A stretch of DNA of 64,000 bases from Auanema rhodensis. Taxonomy: Eukaryota > Animalia > Nematoda. Location of the stretch: the NCBI GenBank assembly GCA_964057225.1, contig OZ059899.1, positions 19,468,001 through 19,532,000 on the forward strand. The letters are read 5' to 3'. Of this stretch, positions 1-13,400 are shown one piece after another. The notes under the pieces are model-generated. The model ran no database searches. It worked only from the letters and a program-made list of their open reading frames with translations, and was not told the DNA's origin. Numbering within the stretch: position 1 is the first letter of the stretch; the number at the start of each line of letters is the position of its first letter. Both the position numbers and the translations under genes were made by a program.

Positions 1-171
1 TGTACATGGAAACTCAACATACACTAATGCATCATTTTTCAAACGATCATAACTAATTTTTGTATTGAGCGTTTCTCAATGTAGTATAGTGCATTCGATG
101 CGGATTTTTAAGCTGCGTCGATCTATGTTATCAGATTTGCGCTATCTTAAAAATGCACCGAGATATCAACT

Positions 172-193
172 GATATAAGTTCACACTTATATC
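172..193. other. Dyad in the 351-bp monomer (example copy): GATATAAGT-tcac-ACTTATATC
   Basis: Perfect 9-bp inverted repeat with a 4-nt spacer, present in most monomers. Confidence 0.95.
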
Positions 194-343
194 CTCGATT
201 TTCACCCTGAAGAATTAATTTTTTCGTTGAATAACATTGTCCATCGTCTTCGCCTTGAAAAAAGGAATCTAAAAACATCTACTTTTTGTGAAATTATTTT
301 GAAATTTTTAGGGAAAATTTTTGTCAAAAAGTTTTTGGAAGCA

Positions 344-371
344 ATGTTGAGTGTACATGGAAACTCAACAT
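344..371. other. Dyad in the 351-bp monomer (example copy): ATGTTGAGT-gtacatggaa-ACTCAACAT
   Basis: Perfect 9-bp inverted repeat with a 10-nt spacer, nearly invariant across both arms. Confidence 0.95.
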
Positions 372-3300
372 ACACTAATGCATCATTTTTCAAACGATCA
401 TAACTAATTTTTGTATCGAGCGTTTCTCAATGTAGTATAGTGCATTCGATGCGGATTTGTAAGCTGCGTCGATCTATGTTATCAGATTTGCGCTATCTTA
501 AAAATGCACCGAGATATCAACTGATATAAGTTCACACTTATATCCTCGATTTTCAACCTGCAGAATTAATTTCTTCGTTGAATAACAATGTCCATCGTCT
601 TCGCCTTAAAAAAAAATCTAAAAACATCTACTTTTTGTGAAATTATTTTGAAATTTTTAGGGAAAATTTTTGTCAAAAAGTTTTTGGAAGCAATGTTGAG
701 TGTACATGGAAACTCAACATACACTAATGCATCATTTTTCAAACGATCATAAATAAATTTTGTATTGAGCGTTTCTCAATGTAGTATAGTGCATTCGATG
801 CGGATTTGTAAGCTGCGTCGATCTATGTTATCAGATTTGCGCTATCTTAAAAATGCACCGAGATATCAACTGATATAAGTTCACACTTATATCCTCGATT
901 TTCAACCTGAAGAATTAATTTCTTCGTTGAATAACAATGTCCATCGTCTTCGCCTTAAAAAAAAATCTAAAAACATCTACTTTTTGTGAAATTATTTTGA
1001 AATTTTTAGGGAAAATTTTTGTCAAAAAGTTTTTGGAAGCAATGTTGAGTGTACATGGAAACTCAACATACACTAATGCATCATTTTTCAAACGATCATA
1101 ACTAATTTTTGTATTGAGCGTTTCTCAATGTAGTATAGTGCATTCGATGCGGATTTTTAAGCTGCGTCGATCTATGTTATCAGATTTGCGCTAGATTAAA
1201 AATGCACCGAGATATCAACTGATATAAGTTCACACTTATATCCTCGATTTTCAACCTGAAGAATTAATTTCTTCGTTGAATAACAATGTCCATCGTCTTC
1301 GCCTTAAAAAAAAAATCTAAAAACATCTACTTTTTGTGAAATTATTTCGAAATTTTTAGGGAAAATTTTTGTCAAAAAGTTTTTGGAAGCAATGTTGAGT
1401 GTACATGGAAACTCAACATACACTAATGCATCATTTTTCAAACGATCATAACTAATTTTTGTATTGAGCGTTTCTCAATGTAGTATAGTGCATTCGATGC
1501 GGATTTTTAAGCTGCGTCGATCTATGTTATCAGATTTGCGCTATCTTTAAAATGCACCGATATATCAACTGATATAAGTTCACACTTATATCCTCGATTT
1601 TCACCCTGAAGAATTAATTTTTTTGTTGAATAACCTTGTCCATCGTCTTCACCTTGAAAAAAGGAATCTAAAAACATCTACTTTTTGTAAAATTATTTTG
1701 AAATTTTTAGGGAAAATTTTTGTCAAAATGTTTTTGGAAGCAATGTTGAGTGTACATGGAAACTCAACATACACTAATGCATCTTTTTTCAAACGATCAT
1801 AACTAAGTTTTGTATTGAGCGTTTCTCAATGTAGTATAGTGCATTCGATGCGGATTTTTAAGCTGCGTCGATCTGTGTTATCAGATTTGCGCTAGCTTAA
1901 AAATGCACCGAGATATCAACTGATAAAAGTTCACACTTATATCCTCGATTTTCACCCTGAAAAATTGATTTTTTCGTTGAATAACATTGTCCATCGTCTT
2001 TGCCTTGAAAAAAGGAATCTAAAAACATCTACTTTTTGTAAAATTATTTTGAAATTTTTAGGGAAAATTTTTGTCAAAATGTTTTTGGAAGCAATGTTGA
2101 GTGTACATGGAAACTCAACATACACTAATGCATCTTTTTTCAAACGATCATAACTAAGTTTTGTATTGAGCGTTTCTCAATGTAGTATAGTGCCTTCGAT
2201 GCGGATTTTTAAGCTGCGTCGATCTGTGTTATCAGATTTGCGCTATCTTTAAAATGCACCGATATATCAACTGATATAAGTTCACACTTATATCCTCGAT
2301 TTTCACCCTGAAGAATTAATTTTTTTGTTGAATAACCTTGTTCATCGTCTTCACCTTGAAAAAAGGAATCTAAAAACATCTACTTTTTGTAAAATTATTT
2401 TGAAATTTTTAGGGAAAATTTTTGTCAAAATGTTTTTGGAAGCAATGTTGAGTGTACATGGAAACTCAACATACACTAATGCATCATTTTTCAAACGATC
2501 ATAACTAAGTTTTGTATTAAGCGTTTCTCAATGTAGTATAGTGCATTCGATGCGGATTTTTGAGCTGCGTCGATCTGTGTTATCAGATTTGCGCTAGCTT
2601 AAAAATGCACCGAGATATCAACTGATATAAGTTCACACTTATATCCTCGATTTTCACCCTGAAAAATTGATTTTTTCGTTGAATAACATTGTCCATCGTC
2701 TTTGCCTTGAAAAAAGGAATCTAAAAACATCTACTTTTTGTAAAATTATTTTGAAATTTTTAGGGAAAATTTTTGTCAAAATGTTTTTGGAAGCAATGTT
2801 GAGTGTACATGGAAACTCAACATACACTAATACATCATTTTTTAAACGATCATAACTAATTTTTGTATTGAGGGTTTCTCAATGTAGTATAGTGCCTTCG
2901 ATGCGGATTTTTAAGCTGCGTCGATCTATGTTATCAGATTTGCGCTATCTTTAAAATGCACCGATATATCAACTGATATAAGTTCACACTTATATCCTCG
3001 ATTTTCACCCTGAAGAATTAATTTTTTTGTTGAATAACCTTGTCCATCGTCTTCACCTTGAAAAAAGGAATCTAAAAACATCTACTTTTTGTAAAATTAT
3101 TTTGAAATTTTTAGGGAAAATTTTTGTCAAAATGTTTTTGGAAGCAATGTTGAGTGTACATGGAAACTCAACATACACTAATGCATCATTTTTCAAACGA
3201 TCATAACTAATTTTCGTATTAAGCGTTTCTCAATGTAGTATAGTGCATTCGATGCGGATTTTTAAGCTGCGTCGATCTGTGTTATCAGATTTGCGCTATC

Positions 3301-6300
3301 TTTAAAATGCATCGAGATATCAACTGATATAAGTTCACACTTATATCCTCGATTTTCACCCTGAAAAATTGATTTTTTCGTTGAATAACATTGTCCATCG
3401 TCTTTGCCTTGAAAAAAGGAATCTAAAAACATCTAATTTTTGTGAAATTATTTCGAAATTTTTAGGTAAAATTTTTGTCAAAATGTTTTTGAAAGCAATG
3501 TTGAGTGTACATGGAAACTCAACATACACTAATGCATCATTTTTCAAACGATCATGACTAATTTTTGTATTGAGCGTTTCTCAATGTAGTATAGTGCCTT
3601 CGATGCGGATTTTTAAGCTGCGTCGATCTATGTTATCAGATTTGCGCTATCTTTAAAATGCACCGATATATCAACTGATATAAGTTCACACTTATATCCT
3701 CGATTTTCACCCTGAAGAATTAATTTTTTTGTTGAATAACATTGTCCATCGTCTTCGCCTTGAAAAAAGGAATCTAAAAACATCTACTTTTTGTGAAATT
3801 AATTTGAAATTTTTAGGGAAAATTTTTGTCAAAATGGTTTTGGAAGCAATGTTGAGTGTACATGGAAACTCAACATACACTAATGCATCATTTTTCAAAC
3901 GATCATAACTAATTTTCGTATTAAGCGTTTCTCAATGTAGCATAGTGCATTCGATGCGGATTTTTAAGCTGCGTCGATCTATGTTATCAGATTTGCGCTA
4001 GCTTAAAAATGCACCGAGATATCAACTGATATAAGTTCACACTTATATCCTCGATTTTCACCCTGAAGAATTAATTTTTTTGTTGAATAACATTGTCCAT
4101 CGTCTTCGCCTTGAAAAAAGGAATCTAAAAACATCTACTTTTTGTGAAATTAATTTGAAATTTTTAGGGAAAATTTTTGTCAAAATGGTTTTGGAAGCAA
4201 TGTTGAGTGTACATGGAAACTCAACATACACTAATGCATCATTTTTCAAACGATCATAACTAATTTTCGTATTAAGCGTTTCTCAATGTAGCATAGTGCA
4301 TTCGATGCGGATTTTTAAGCTGCGTCGATCTATGTTATCAGATTTGCGCTAGCTTAAAAATGCACCGAGATATCAACTGATATAAGTTCACACTTATATC
4401 CTCGATTTTCACCCTGAAAAATTGATTTTTTCGTTGAATAACATTGTCCATCGTCTTTGCCTTGAAAAAAGGAATCTAAAAACATCTACTTTTTGTAAAA
4501 TTATTTTGAAATTTTTAGGGAAAATTTTTGTCAAAATGTTTTTGGAAGCAATGTTGAGTGTACATGGAAACTCAACATACACTAATACATCATTTTTTAA
4601 ACGATCATAACTAATTTTTGTATTGAGGGTTTCTCAATGTAGTATAGTGCCTTCGATGCGGATTTTTAAGCTGCGTCGATCTATGTTATCAGATTTGCGC
4701 TATCTTTAAAATGCACCGATATATCAACTGATATAAGTTCACACTTATATCCTCGATTTTCACCCTGAAGAATTAATTTTTTTGTTGAATAACCTTGTCC
4801 ATCGTCTTCACCTTGAAAAAAGGAATCTAAAAACATCTACTTTTTGTAAAATTATTTTGAAATTTTTAGGGAAAATTTTTGTCAAAATGTTTTTGGAAGC
4901 AATGTTGAGTGTACATGGAAACTCAACATACACTAATGCATCATTTTTCAAACGATCATAACTAATTTTCGTATTAAGCGTTTCTCAATGTAGTATAGTG
5001 CATTCGATGCGGATTTTTAAGCTGCGTCGATCTGTGTTATCAGATTTGCGCTATCTTTAAAATGCATCGAGATATCAACTGATATAAGTTCACACTTATA
5101 TCCTCGATTTTCACCCTGAACAATTGATTTTTTCGTTGAATAACATTGTCCATCGTCTTTGCCTTGAAAAAAGGAATCTAAAAACATCTAATTTTTGTGA
5201 AATTATTTCGAAATTTTTAGGTAAAATTTTTGTCAAAATGTTTTTGAAAGCAATGTTGAGTGTACATGGAAACTCAACATACACTAATGCATCATTTTTC
5301 AAACGATCATGACTAATTTTTGTATTGAGCGTTTCTCAATGTAGTATAGTGCCTTCGATGCGGATTTTTAAGCTGCGTCGATCTATGTTATCAGATTTGC
5401 GCTATCTTTAAAATGCACCGATATATCAACTGATATAAGTTCACACTTATATCCTCGATTTTCACCCTGAAGAATTAATTTTTTTGTTGAATAACATTGT
5501 CCATCGTCTTCGCCTTGAAAAAAGGAATCTAAAAACATCTACTTTTTGTGAAATTAATTTGAAATTTTTAGGGAAAATTTTTGTCAAAATGGTTTTGGAA
5601 GCAATGTTGAGTGTACATGGAAACTCAACATACACTAATGCATCATTTTTCAAACGATCATAACTAATTTTCGTATTAAGCGTTTCTCAATGTAGTATAG
5701 TGCATTCGATGCGGATTTTTAAGCTGCGTCGATCTGTGTTATCAGATTTGCGCTAGCTTCAAAATGCACCGAGATATCAACTGAAATAAGTTAACACATA
5801 TATCCTCGATTTTCACCCTGAAGAATTAATTTTTTTGTTGAATAACATTGTCCATCGTCTTCGCCTTGAAAAAAGGAATCTAAAAACATCTACTTTTTGT
5901 GAAATTATTTTGAAATTTTTAGGGAAAATTTTTGTCAAAATGTTTTTGGAAGCAATGTTGAGTGTACATGGAAACTCAACATACACTAATACATCATTTT
6001 TTAAACGATCATAACTAATTTTTGTATTGAGGGTTTCTCAATGTAGTATAGTGCATTCGATGCGGATTTTTAAGCTGCGTCGATCTGTGTTATCAGATTT
6101 GCGCTATCTTTAAAATGCACCGAGATATCAACTGATATAAGTTCACACTTATATCCTCGATTTTCACCCTGAAAAATTGAATTTTCGTTGAATAATATTG
6201 TCCATCGTCTTTGCCTTGAAAAAAGGAATCTAAAAACATCTACTTTTTGTAAAATTCTTTTGAAATTTTTAGGTAAAATTTTTGTCAAAATGTTTTTGAA

Positions 6301-7215
6301 AGCAATGTTGAGTGTACATGGAAACTCAACATACACTAATGCATCATTTTTCAAACGATCATGACTAATTTTTGTATTGAGCGTTTCTCAATGTAGTATA
6401 GTGCCTTCGATGCGGATTTTTAAGCTGCGTCGATCTATGTTATCAGATTTGCGCTATCTTTAAAATGCACCGATATATCAACTGATATAAGTTCACACTT
6501 ATATCCTCGATTTTCACCCTGAAGAATTAATTTTTTTGTTGAATAACCTTGTCCATCGTCTTCACCTTGAAAAAAGGAATCTAAAAACATCTACTTTTTG
6601 TAAAATTATTTTGAAATTTTTAGGGAAAATTTTTGTCAAAATGTTTTTGGAAGCAATGTTGAGTGTACATGGAAACTCAACATACACTAATGCATCTTTT
6701 TTCAAACGATCATAACTAAGTTTTGTATTAAGCGTTTCTCAATGTAGTATAGAGCATTCGATGCGGATTTTTAAGCTGCGTCGATCTGTGTTATCAGATT
6801 TGCGCTATCTTAAAAATGCACCGAGATATCAACTGATATAAGTTCACACTTATATCCTCGATTTTCACCCTGAAGAATTAATTTTTTTGTTGAATAACCT
6901 TGTCCATCGTCTTCACCTTAAAAAAAGGAATCTAAAAACATCTACTTTTTGTAAAATTATTTTGAAATTTTTAGGGAAAATTTTTGTCAAAATGTTTTTG
7001 GAAGCAATGTTGAGTGTACATGGAAACTCAACATACACTAATGCATCATTTTTCAAACGATCATAACTAATTTTCGTATTAAGCGTTTCTCAATGTAGTA
7101 TAGTGCCTTCGATGCGGATTTTTAAGCTGCGTCGATCTGTGTTATCAGATTTGCGCTATCTTTAAAATGCATCGAGATATCAACTGATATAAGTTCACAC
7201 TTATATCCTCGATTT

Positions 7216-10200
7216 TCACCCTGAAAAATTGATTTTTTCGTTGAATAACATTGTCCATCGTCTTTGCCTTGAAAAAAGGAATCTAAAAACATCTAATTTT
7301 TGTGAAATTATTTCGAAATTTTTAGGTAAAATTTTTGTCAAAATGTTTTTGAAAGCAATGTTGAGTGTACATGGAAACTCAACATACACTAATGCATCAT
7401 TTTTCAAACGATCATGACTAATTTTTGTATTGAGCGTTTCTCAATGTAGTATAGTGCCTTCGATGCGGATTTTTAAGCTGCGTCGATCTATGTTATCAGA
7501 TTTGCGCTATCTTTAAAATGCACCGATATATCAACTGATATAAGTTCACACTTATATCCTCGATTTTCACCCTGAAGAATTAATTTTTTTGTTGAATAAC
7601 ATTGTCCATCGTCTTCGCCTTGAAAAAAGGAATCTAAAAACATCTACTTTTTGTGAAATTAATTTGAAATTTTTAGGGAAAATTTTTGTCAAAATGGTTT
7701 TGGAAGCAATGTTGAGTGTACATGGAAACTCAACATACACTAATGCATCATTTTTCAAACGATCATAACTAATTTTCGTATTAAGCGTTTCTCAATGTAG
7801 TATAGTGCATTCGATGCGGATTTTTAAGCTGCGTCGATCTGTGTTATCAGATTTGCGCTAGCTTCAAAATGCACCGAGATATCAACTGAAATAAGTTAGC
7901 ACATATATCCTCGATTTTCACCCTGAAGAATTAATTTTTTTGTTGAATAACATTGTCCATCGTCTTCGCCTTGAAAAAAGGAATCTAAAAACATCTACTT
8001 TTTGTGAAATTATTTTGAAATTTTTAGGGAAAATTTTTGTCAAAATGTTTTTGGAAGCAATGTTGAGTGTACATGGAAACTCAACATACACTAATACATC
8101 ATTTTTTAAACGATCATAACTAATTTTTGTATTGAGGGTTTCTCAATGTAGTATAGTGCATTCGATGCGGATTTTTAAGCTGCGTCGATCTGTGTTATCA
8201 GATTTGCGCTATCTTTAAAATGCACCGAGATATCAACTGATATAAGTTCACACTTATATCCTCGATTTTCACCCTGAAAAATTGATTTTTTCGTTGAATA
8301 ATATTGTCCATCGTCTTTGCCTTGAAAAAAGGAATCTAAAAACATCTACTTTTTGTAAAATTATTTTGAAATTTTTAGGTAAAATTTTTGTCAAAATGTT
8401 TTTGAAAGCAATGTTGAGTGTACATGGAAACTCAACATACACTAATGCATCATTTTTCAAACGATCATGACTAATTTTTGTATTGAGCGTTTCTCAATGT
8501 AGTATAGTGCCTTCGATGCGGATTTTTAAGCTGCGTCGATCTATGTTATCAGATTTGCGCTATCTTTAAAATGCACCGATATATCAACTGATATAAGTTC
8601 ACACTTATATCCTCGATTTTCACCCTGAAGAATTAATTTTTTTGTTGAATAACCTTGTCCATCGTCTTCACCTTGAAAAAAGGAATCTAAAAACATCTAC
8701 TTTTTGTAAAATTATTTTGAAATTTTTAGGGAAAATTTTTGTCAAAATGTTTTTGGAAGCAATGTTGAGTGTACATGGAAACTCAACATACACTAATGCA
8801 TCATTTTTCAAACGATCATGACTAATTTTTGTATTGAGCGTTTCTCAATGTAGTATAGTGCCTTCGATGCGGATTTTTAAGCTGCGTCGATCTATGTTAT
8901 CAGATTTGCGCTATCTTTAAAATGCACCGATATATCAACTGATATAAGTTCACACTTATATCCTCGATTTTCACCCTGAAGAATTAATTTTTTTGTTGAA
9001 TAACCTTGTCCATCGTCTTCACCTTGAAAAAAGGAATCTAAAAACATCTACTTTTTGTAAAATTATTTTGAAATTTTTAGGGAAAATTTTTGTCAAAATG
9101 TTTTTGGAAGCAATGTTGAGTGTACATGGAAACTCAACATACACTAATGCATCTTTTTTCAAACGATCATAACTAAGTTTTGTATTAAGCGTTTCTCAAT
9201 GTAGTATAGAGCATTCGATGCGGATTTTTAAGCTGCGTCGATCTGTGTTATCAGATTTGCGCTATCTTAAAAATGCACCGAGATATCAACTGATATAAGT
9301 TCACACTTATATCCTCGATTTTCACCCTGAAGAATTAATTTTTTTGTTGAATAACCTTGTCCATCGTCTTCACCTTAAAAAAAGGAATCTAAAAACATCT
9401 ACTTTTTGTAAAATTATTTTGAAATTTTTAGGGAAAATTTTTGTCAAAATGTTTTTGGAAGCAATGTTGAGTGTACATGGAAACTCAACATACACTAATG
9501 CATCATTTTTCAAACGATCATAACTAATTTTCGTATTAAGCGTTTCTCAATGTAGTATAGTGCATTCGATGCGGATTTTTAAGCTGCGTCGATCTGTGTT
9601 ATCAGATTTGCGCTAGCTTAAAAATGCACCGAGATATCAACTGATAAAAGTTCACACTTATATCCTCGATTTTCACCCTGAAGAATTAATTTTTTTGTTG
9701 AATAACCTTGTTCATCGTCTTCACCTTGAAAAAAGGAATCTAAAAACATCTACTTTTTGTAAAATTATTTTGAAATTTTTAGGGAAAATTTTTGTCAAAA
9801 TGGTTTTGGAAGCAATGTTGAGTGTACATGGAAACTCAACATACACTAATGCATCATTTTTCAAACGATCATAACTAATTTTCGTATTAAGCGTTTCTCA
9901 ATGTAGCATAGTGCATTCGATGCGGATTTTTAAGCTGCGTCGATCTGTGTTATCAGATTTGCGCTAGCTTCAAAATGCACCGAGATATCAACTGAAATAA
10001 GTTAACACATATATCCTCGATTTTCACCCTGAAGAATTAATTTTTTTGTTGAATAACATTGTCCATCGTCTTTGCCTTGAAAAAAGGAATCTAAAAACAT
10101 CTAATTTTTGTGAAATTATTTCGAAATTTTTAGGGAAAATTTTTGTCAAAATGTTTTTGAAAGCAATGTTGAGTGTACATGGAAACTCAAAATACACTAA

Positions 10201-13200
10201 TGCATCTTTTTTCAAACGATCATAACTAAGTTTTGTATTAAGCGTTTCTCAATGTAGTACAGTGCATTCGATGCGGATTTTTGAGCTGCGTCGATCTGTG
10301 TTATCAGATTTGCGCTAGCTTAAAAATGCACCGAGATATCAACTGATATAAGTTCACACTTATATCCTCGATTTTCACCCTGAAAAATTGATTTTTTTCG
10401 TTGAATAACATTGTCCATCGTCTTTGCCTTGAAAAAAGGAATCTAAAAACATCTACTTTTTGTAAAATTATTTTGAAATTTTTAGGGAAAATTTTTGTCA
10501 AAATGTTTTTGGAAGCAATGTTGAGTGTACATGGAAACTCAACATACACTAATACATCATTTTTTAAACGATCATAACTAATTTTTGTATTGAGGGTTTC
10601 TCAATGTAGTATAGTGCCTTCGATGCGGATTTTTAAGCTGCGTCGATCTATGTTATCAGATTTGCGCTATCTTTAAAATGCACCGATATATCAACTGATA
10701 TAAGTTCACACTTATATCCTCGATTTTCACCCTGAAGAATTAATTTTTTTGTTGAATAACCTTGTCCATCGTCTTCACCTTGAAAAAAGGAATCTAAAAA
10801 CATCTACTTTTTGTAAAATTATTTTGAAATTTTTAGGGAAAATTTTTGTCAAAATGTTTTTGGAAGCAATGTTGAGTGTACATGGAAACTCAACATACAC
10901 TAATGCATCATTTTTCAAACGATCATAACTAATTTTCGTATTAAGCGTTTCTCAATGTAGTATAGTGCATTCGATGCGGATTTTTAAGCTGCGTCGATCT
11001 GTGTTATCAGATTTGCGCTATCTTTAAAATGCATCGAGATATCAACTGATATAAGTTCACACTTATATCCTCGATTTTCACCCTGAAAAATTGATTTTTT
11101 CGTTGAATAACATTGTCCATCGTCTTTGCCTTGAAAAAAGGAATCTAAAAACATCTAATTTTTGTGAAATTATTTCGAAATTTTTAGGTAAAATTTTTGT
11201 CAAAATGTTTTTGAAAGCAATGTTGAGTGTACATGGAAACTCAACATACACTAATGCATCATTTTTCAAACGATCATGACTAATTTTTGTATTGAGCGTT
11301 TCTCAATGTAGTATAGTGCCTTCGATGCGGATTTTTAAGCTGCGTCGATCTATGTTATCAGATTTGCGCTATCTTTAAAATGCACCGATATATCAACTGA
11401 TATAAGTTCACACTTATATCCTCGATTTTCACCCTGAAGAATTAATTTTTTTGTTGAATACCATTGTCCATCGTCTTCGCCTTGAAAAAAGGAATCTAAA
11501 AACATCTACTTTTTGTGAAATTAATTTGAAATTTTTAGGGAAAATTTTTGTCAAAATGGTTTTGGAAGCAATGTTGAGTGTACATGGAAACTCAACATAC
11601 ACTAATGCATCATTTTTCAAACGATCATAACTAATTTTCGTATTAAGCGTTTCTCAATGTAGTATAGTGCATTCGATGCGGATTTTTAAGCTGCGTCGAT
11701 CTGTGTTATCAGATTTGCGCTAGCTTCAAAATGCACCGAGATATCAACTGAAATAAGTTAACACATATATCCTCGATTTTCACCCTGAAGAATTAATTTT
11801 TTTGTTGAATAACAATGTCCATCGTCTTCGCCTTGAAAAAAGGAATCTAAAAACATCTACTTTTTGTGAAATTATTCTGAAATTTTTAGGGAAAATTTTT
11901 GTCAAAATGTTTTTGGAAGCAATGTTGAGTGTACATGGAAACTCAACATACACTAATACATCATTTTTTAAACGATCATAACTAATTTTTGTATTGAGGG
12001 TTTCTCAATGTAGTATAGTGCATTCGATGCGGATTTTTAAGCTGCGTCGATCTGTGTTATCAGATTTGCGCTATCTTTAAAATGCACCGAGATATCAACT
12101 GATATAAGTTCACACTTATATCCTCGATTTTCACCCTGAAAAATTGATTTTTTCGTTGAATAATATTGTCCATCGTCTTTGCCTTGAAAAAAGGAATCTA
12201 AAAACATCTACTTTTTGTAAAATTATTTTGAAATTTTTAGGTAAAATTTTTGTCAAAATGTTTTTGAAAGCAATGTTGAGTGTACATGGAAACTCAACAT
12301 ACACTAATGCATCATTTTTCAAACGATCATGACTAATTTTTGTATTGAGCGTTTCTCAATGTAGTATAGTGCCTTCGATGCGAATTTTTAAGCTGCGTCG
12401 ATCTATGTTATCAGATTTGCGCTATCTTTAAAATGCACCGATATATCAACTGATATAAGTTCACACTTATATCCTCGATTTTCACCCTGAAGAATTAATT
12501 TTTTTGTTGAATAACCTTGTCCATCGTCTTCACCTTGAAAAAAGGAATCTAAAAACATCTACTTTTTGTAAAATTATTTTGAAATTTTTAGGGAAAATTT
12601 TTGTCAAAATGTTTTTGGAAGCAATGTTGAGTGTACATGGAAACTCAACATACACTAATGCATCATTTTTCAAATGATCATGACTAATTTTTGTATTGAG
12701 CGTTTCTCAATGTAGTATAGTGCCTTCGATGCGGATTTTTAAGCTGCGTCGATCTATGTTATCAGATTTGCGCTATCTTTAAAATGCACCGATATATCAA
12801 CTGATATAAGTTCACACTTATATCCTCGATTTTCACCCTGAAGAATTAATTTTTTTGTTGAATAACCTTGTCCATCGTCTTCACCTTGAAAAAAGGAATC
12901 TAAAAACATCTACTTTTTGTAAAATTATTTTGAAATTTTTAGGGAAAATTTTTGTCAAAATGTTTTTGGAAGCAATGTTGAGTGTACATGGAAACTCAAC
13001 ATACACTAATGCATCTTTTTTCAAACGATCATAACTAAGTTTTGTATTAAGCGTTTCTCAATGTAGTATAGAGCATTCGATGCGGATTTTTAAGCTGCGT
13101 CGATCTGTTTTATCAGATTTGCGCTATCTTAAAAATGCACCGAGATATCAACTGATATAAGTTCACACTTATATCCTCGATTTTCACCCTGAAGAATTAA

Positions 13201-13400
13201 TTTTTTTGTTGAATAACCTTGTCCATCGTCTTCACCTTAAAGAAAGGAATCTAAAAACATCTACTTTTTGTAAAATTATTTTGAAATTTTTAGGGAAAAT
13301 TTTTGTCAAAATGTTTTTGGAAGCAATGTTGAGTGTACATGGAAACTCAACATACACTAATGCATCATTTTTCAAACGATCATAACTAATTTTCGTATTA
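7216..13400 (+). repeat. Block duplication with an 11-monomer offset (3862 bp) in the left 351-bp arm
   Basis: Variant ORF translations recur at 7216/11078, 7567/11429 and 8269/12131. The same marker monomer also occurs at 3356 and 5111 (5- and 6-mer spacing). Boundaries are approximate. Confidence 0.8.

Noticed and set aside
222-240. CENP-B box (TTTCGTTGAATAAC...)
   Set aside because: Matches only the TTCG....A half; the required CGGG is absent.
1-351. 351-bp unit as a dimer of ~175-bp or of the 176/182-bp unit
   Set aside because: No convincing similarity between the two halves by eye; the length relation may be coincidental.
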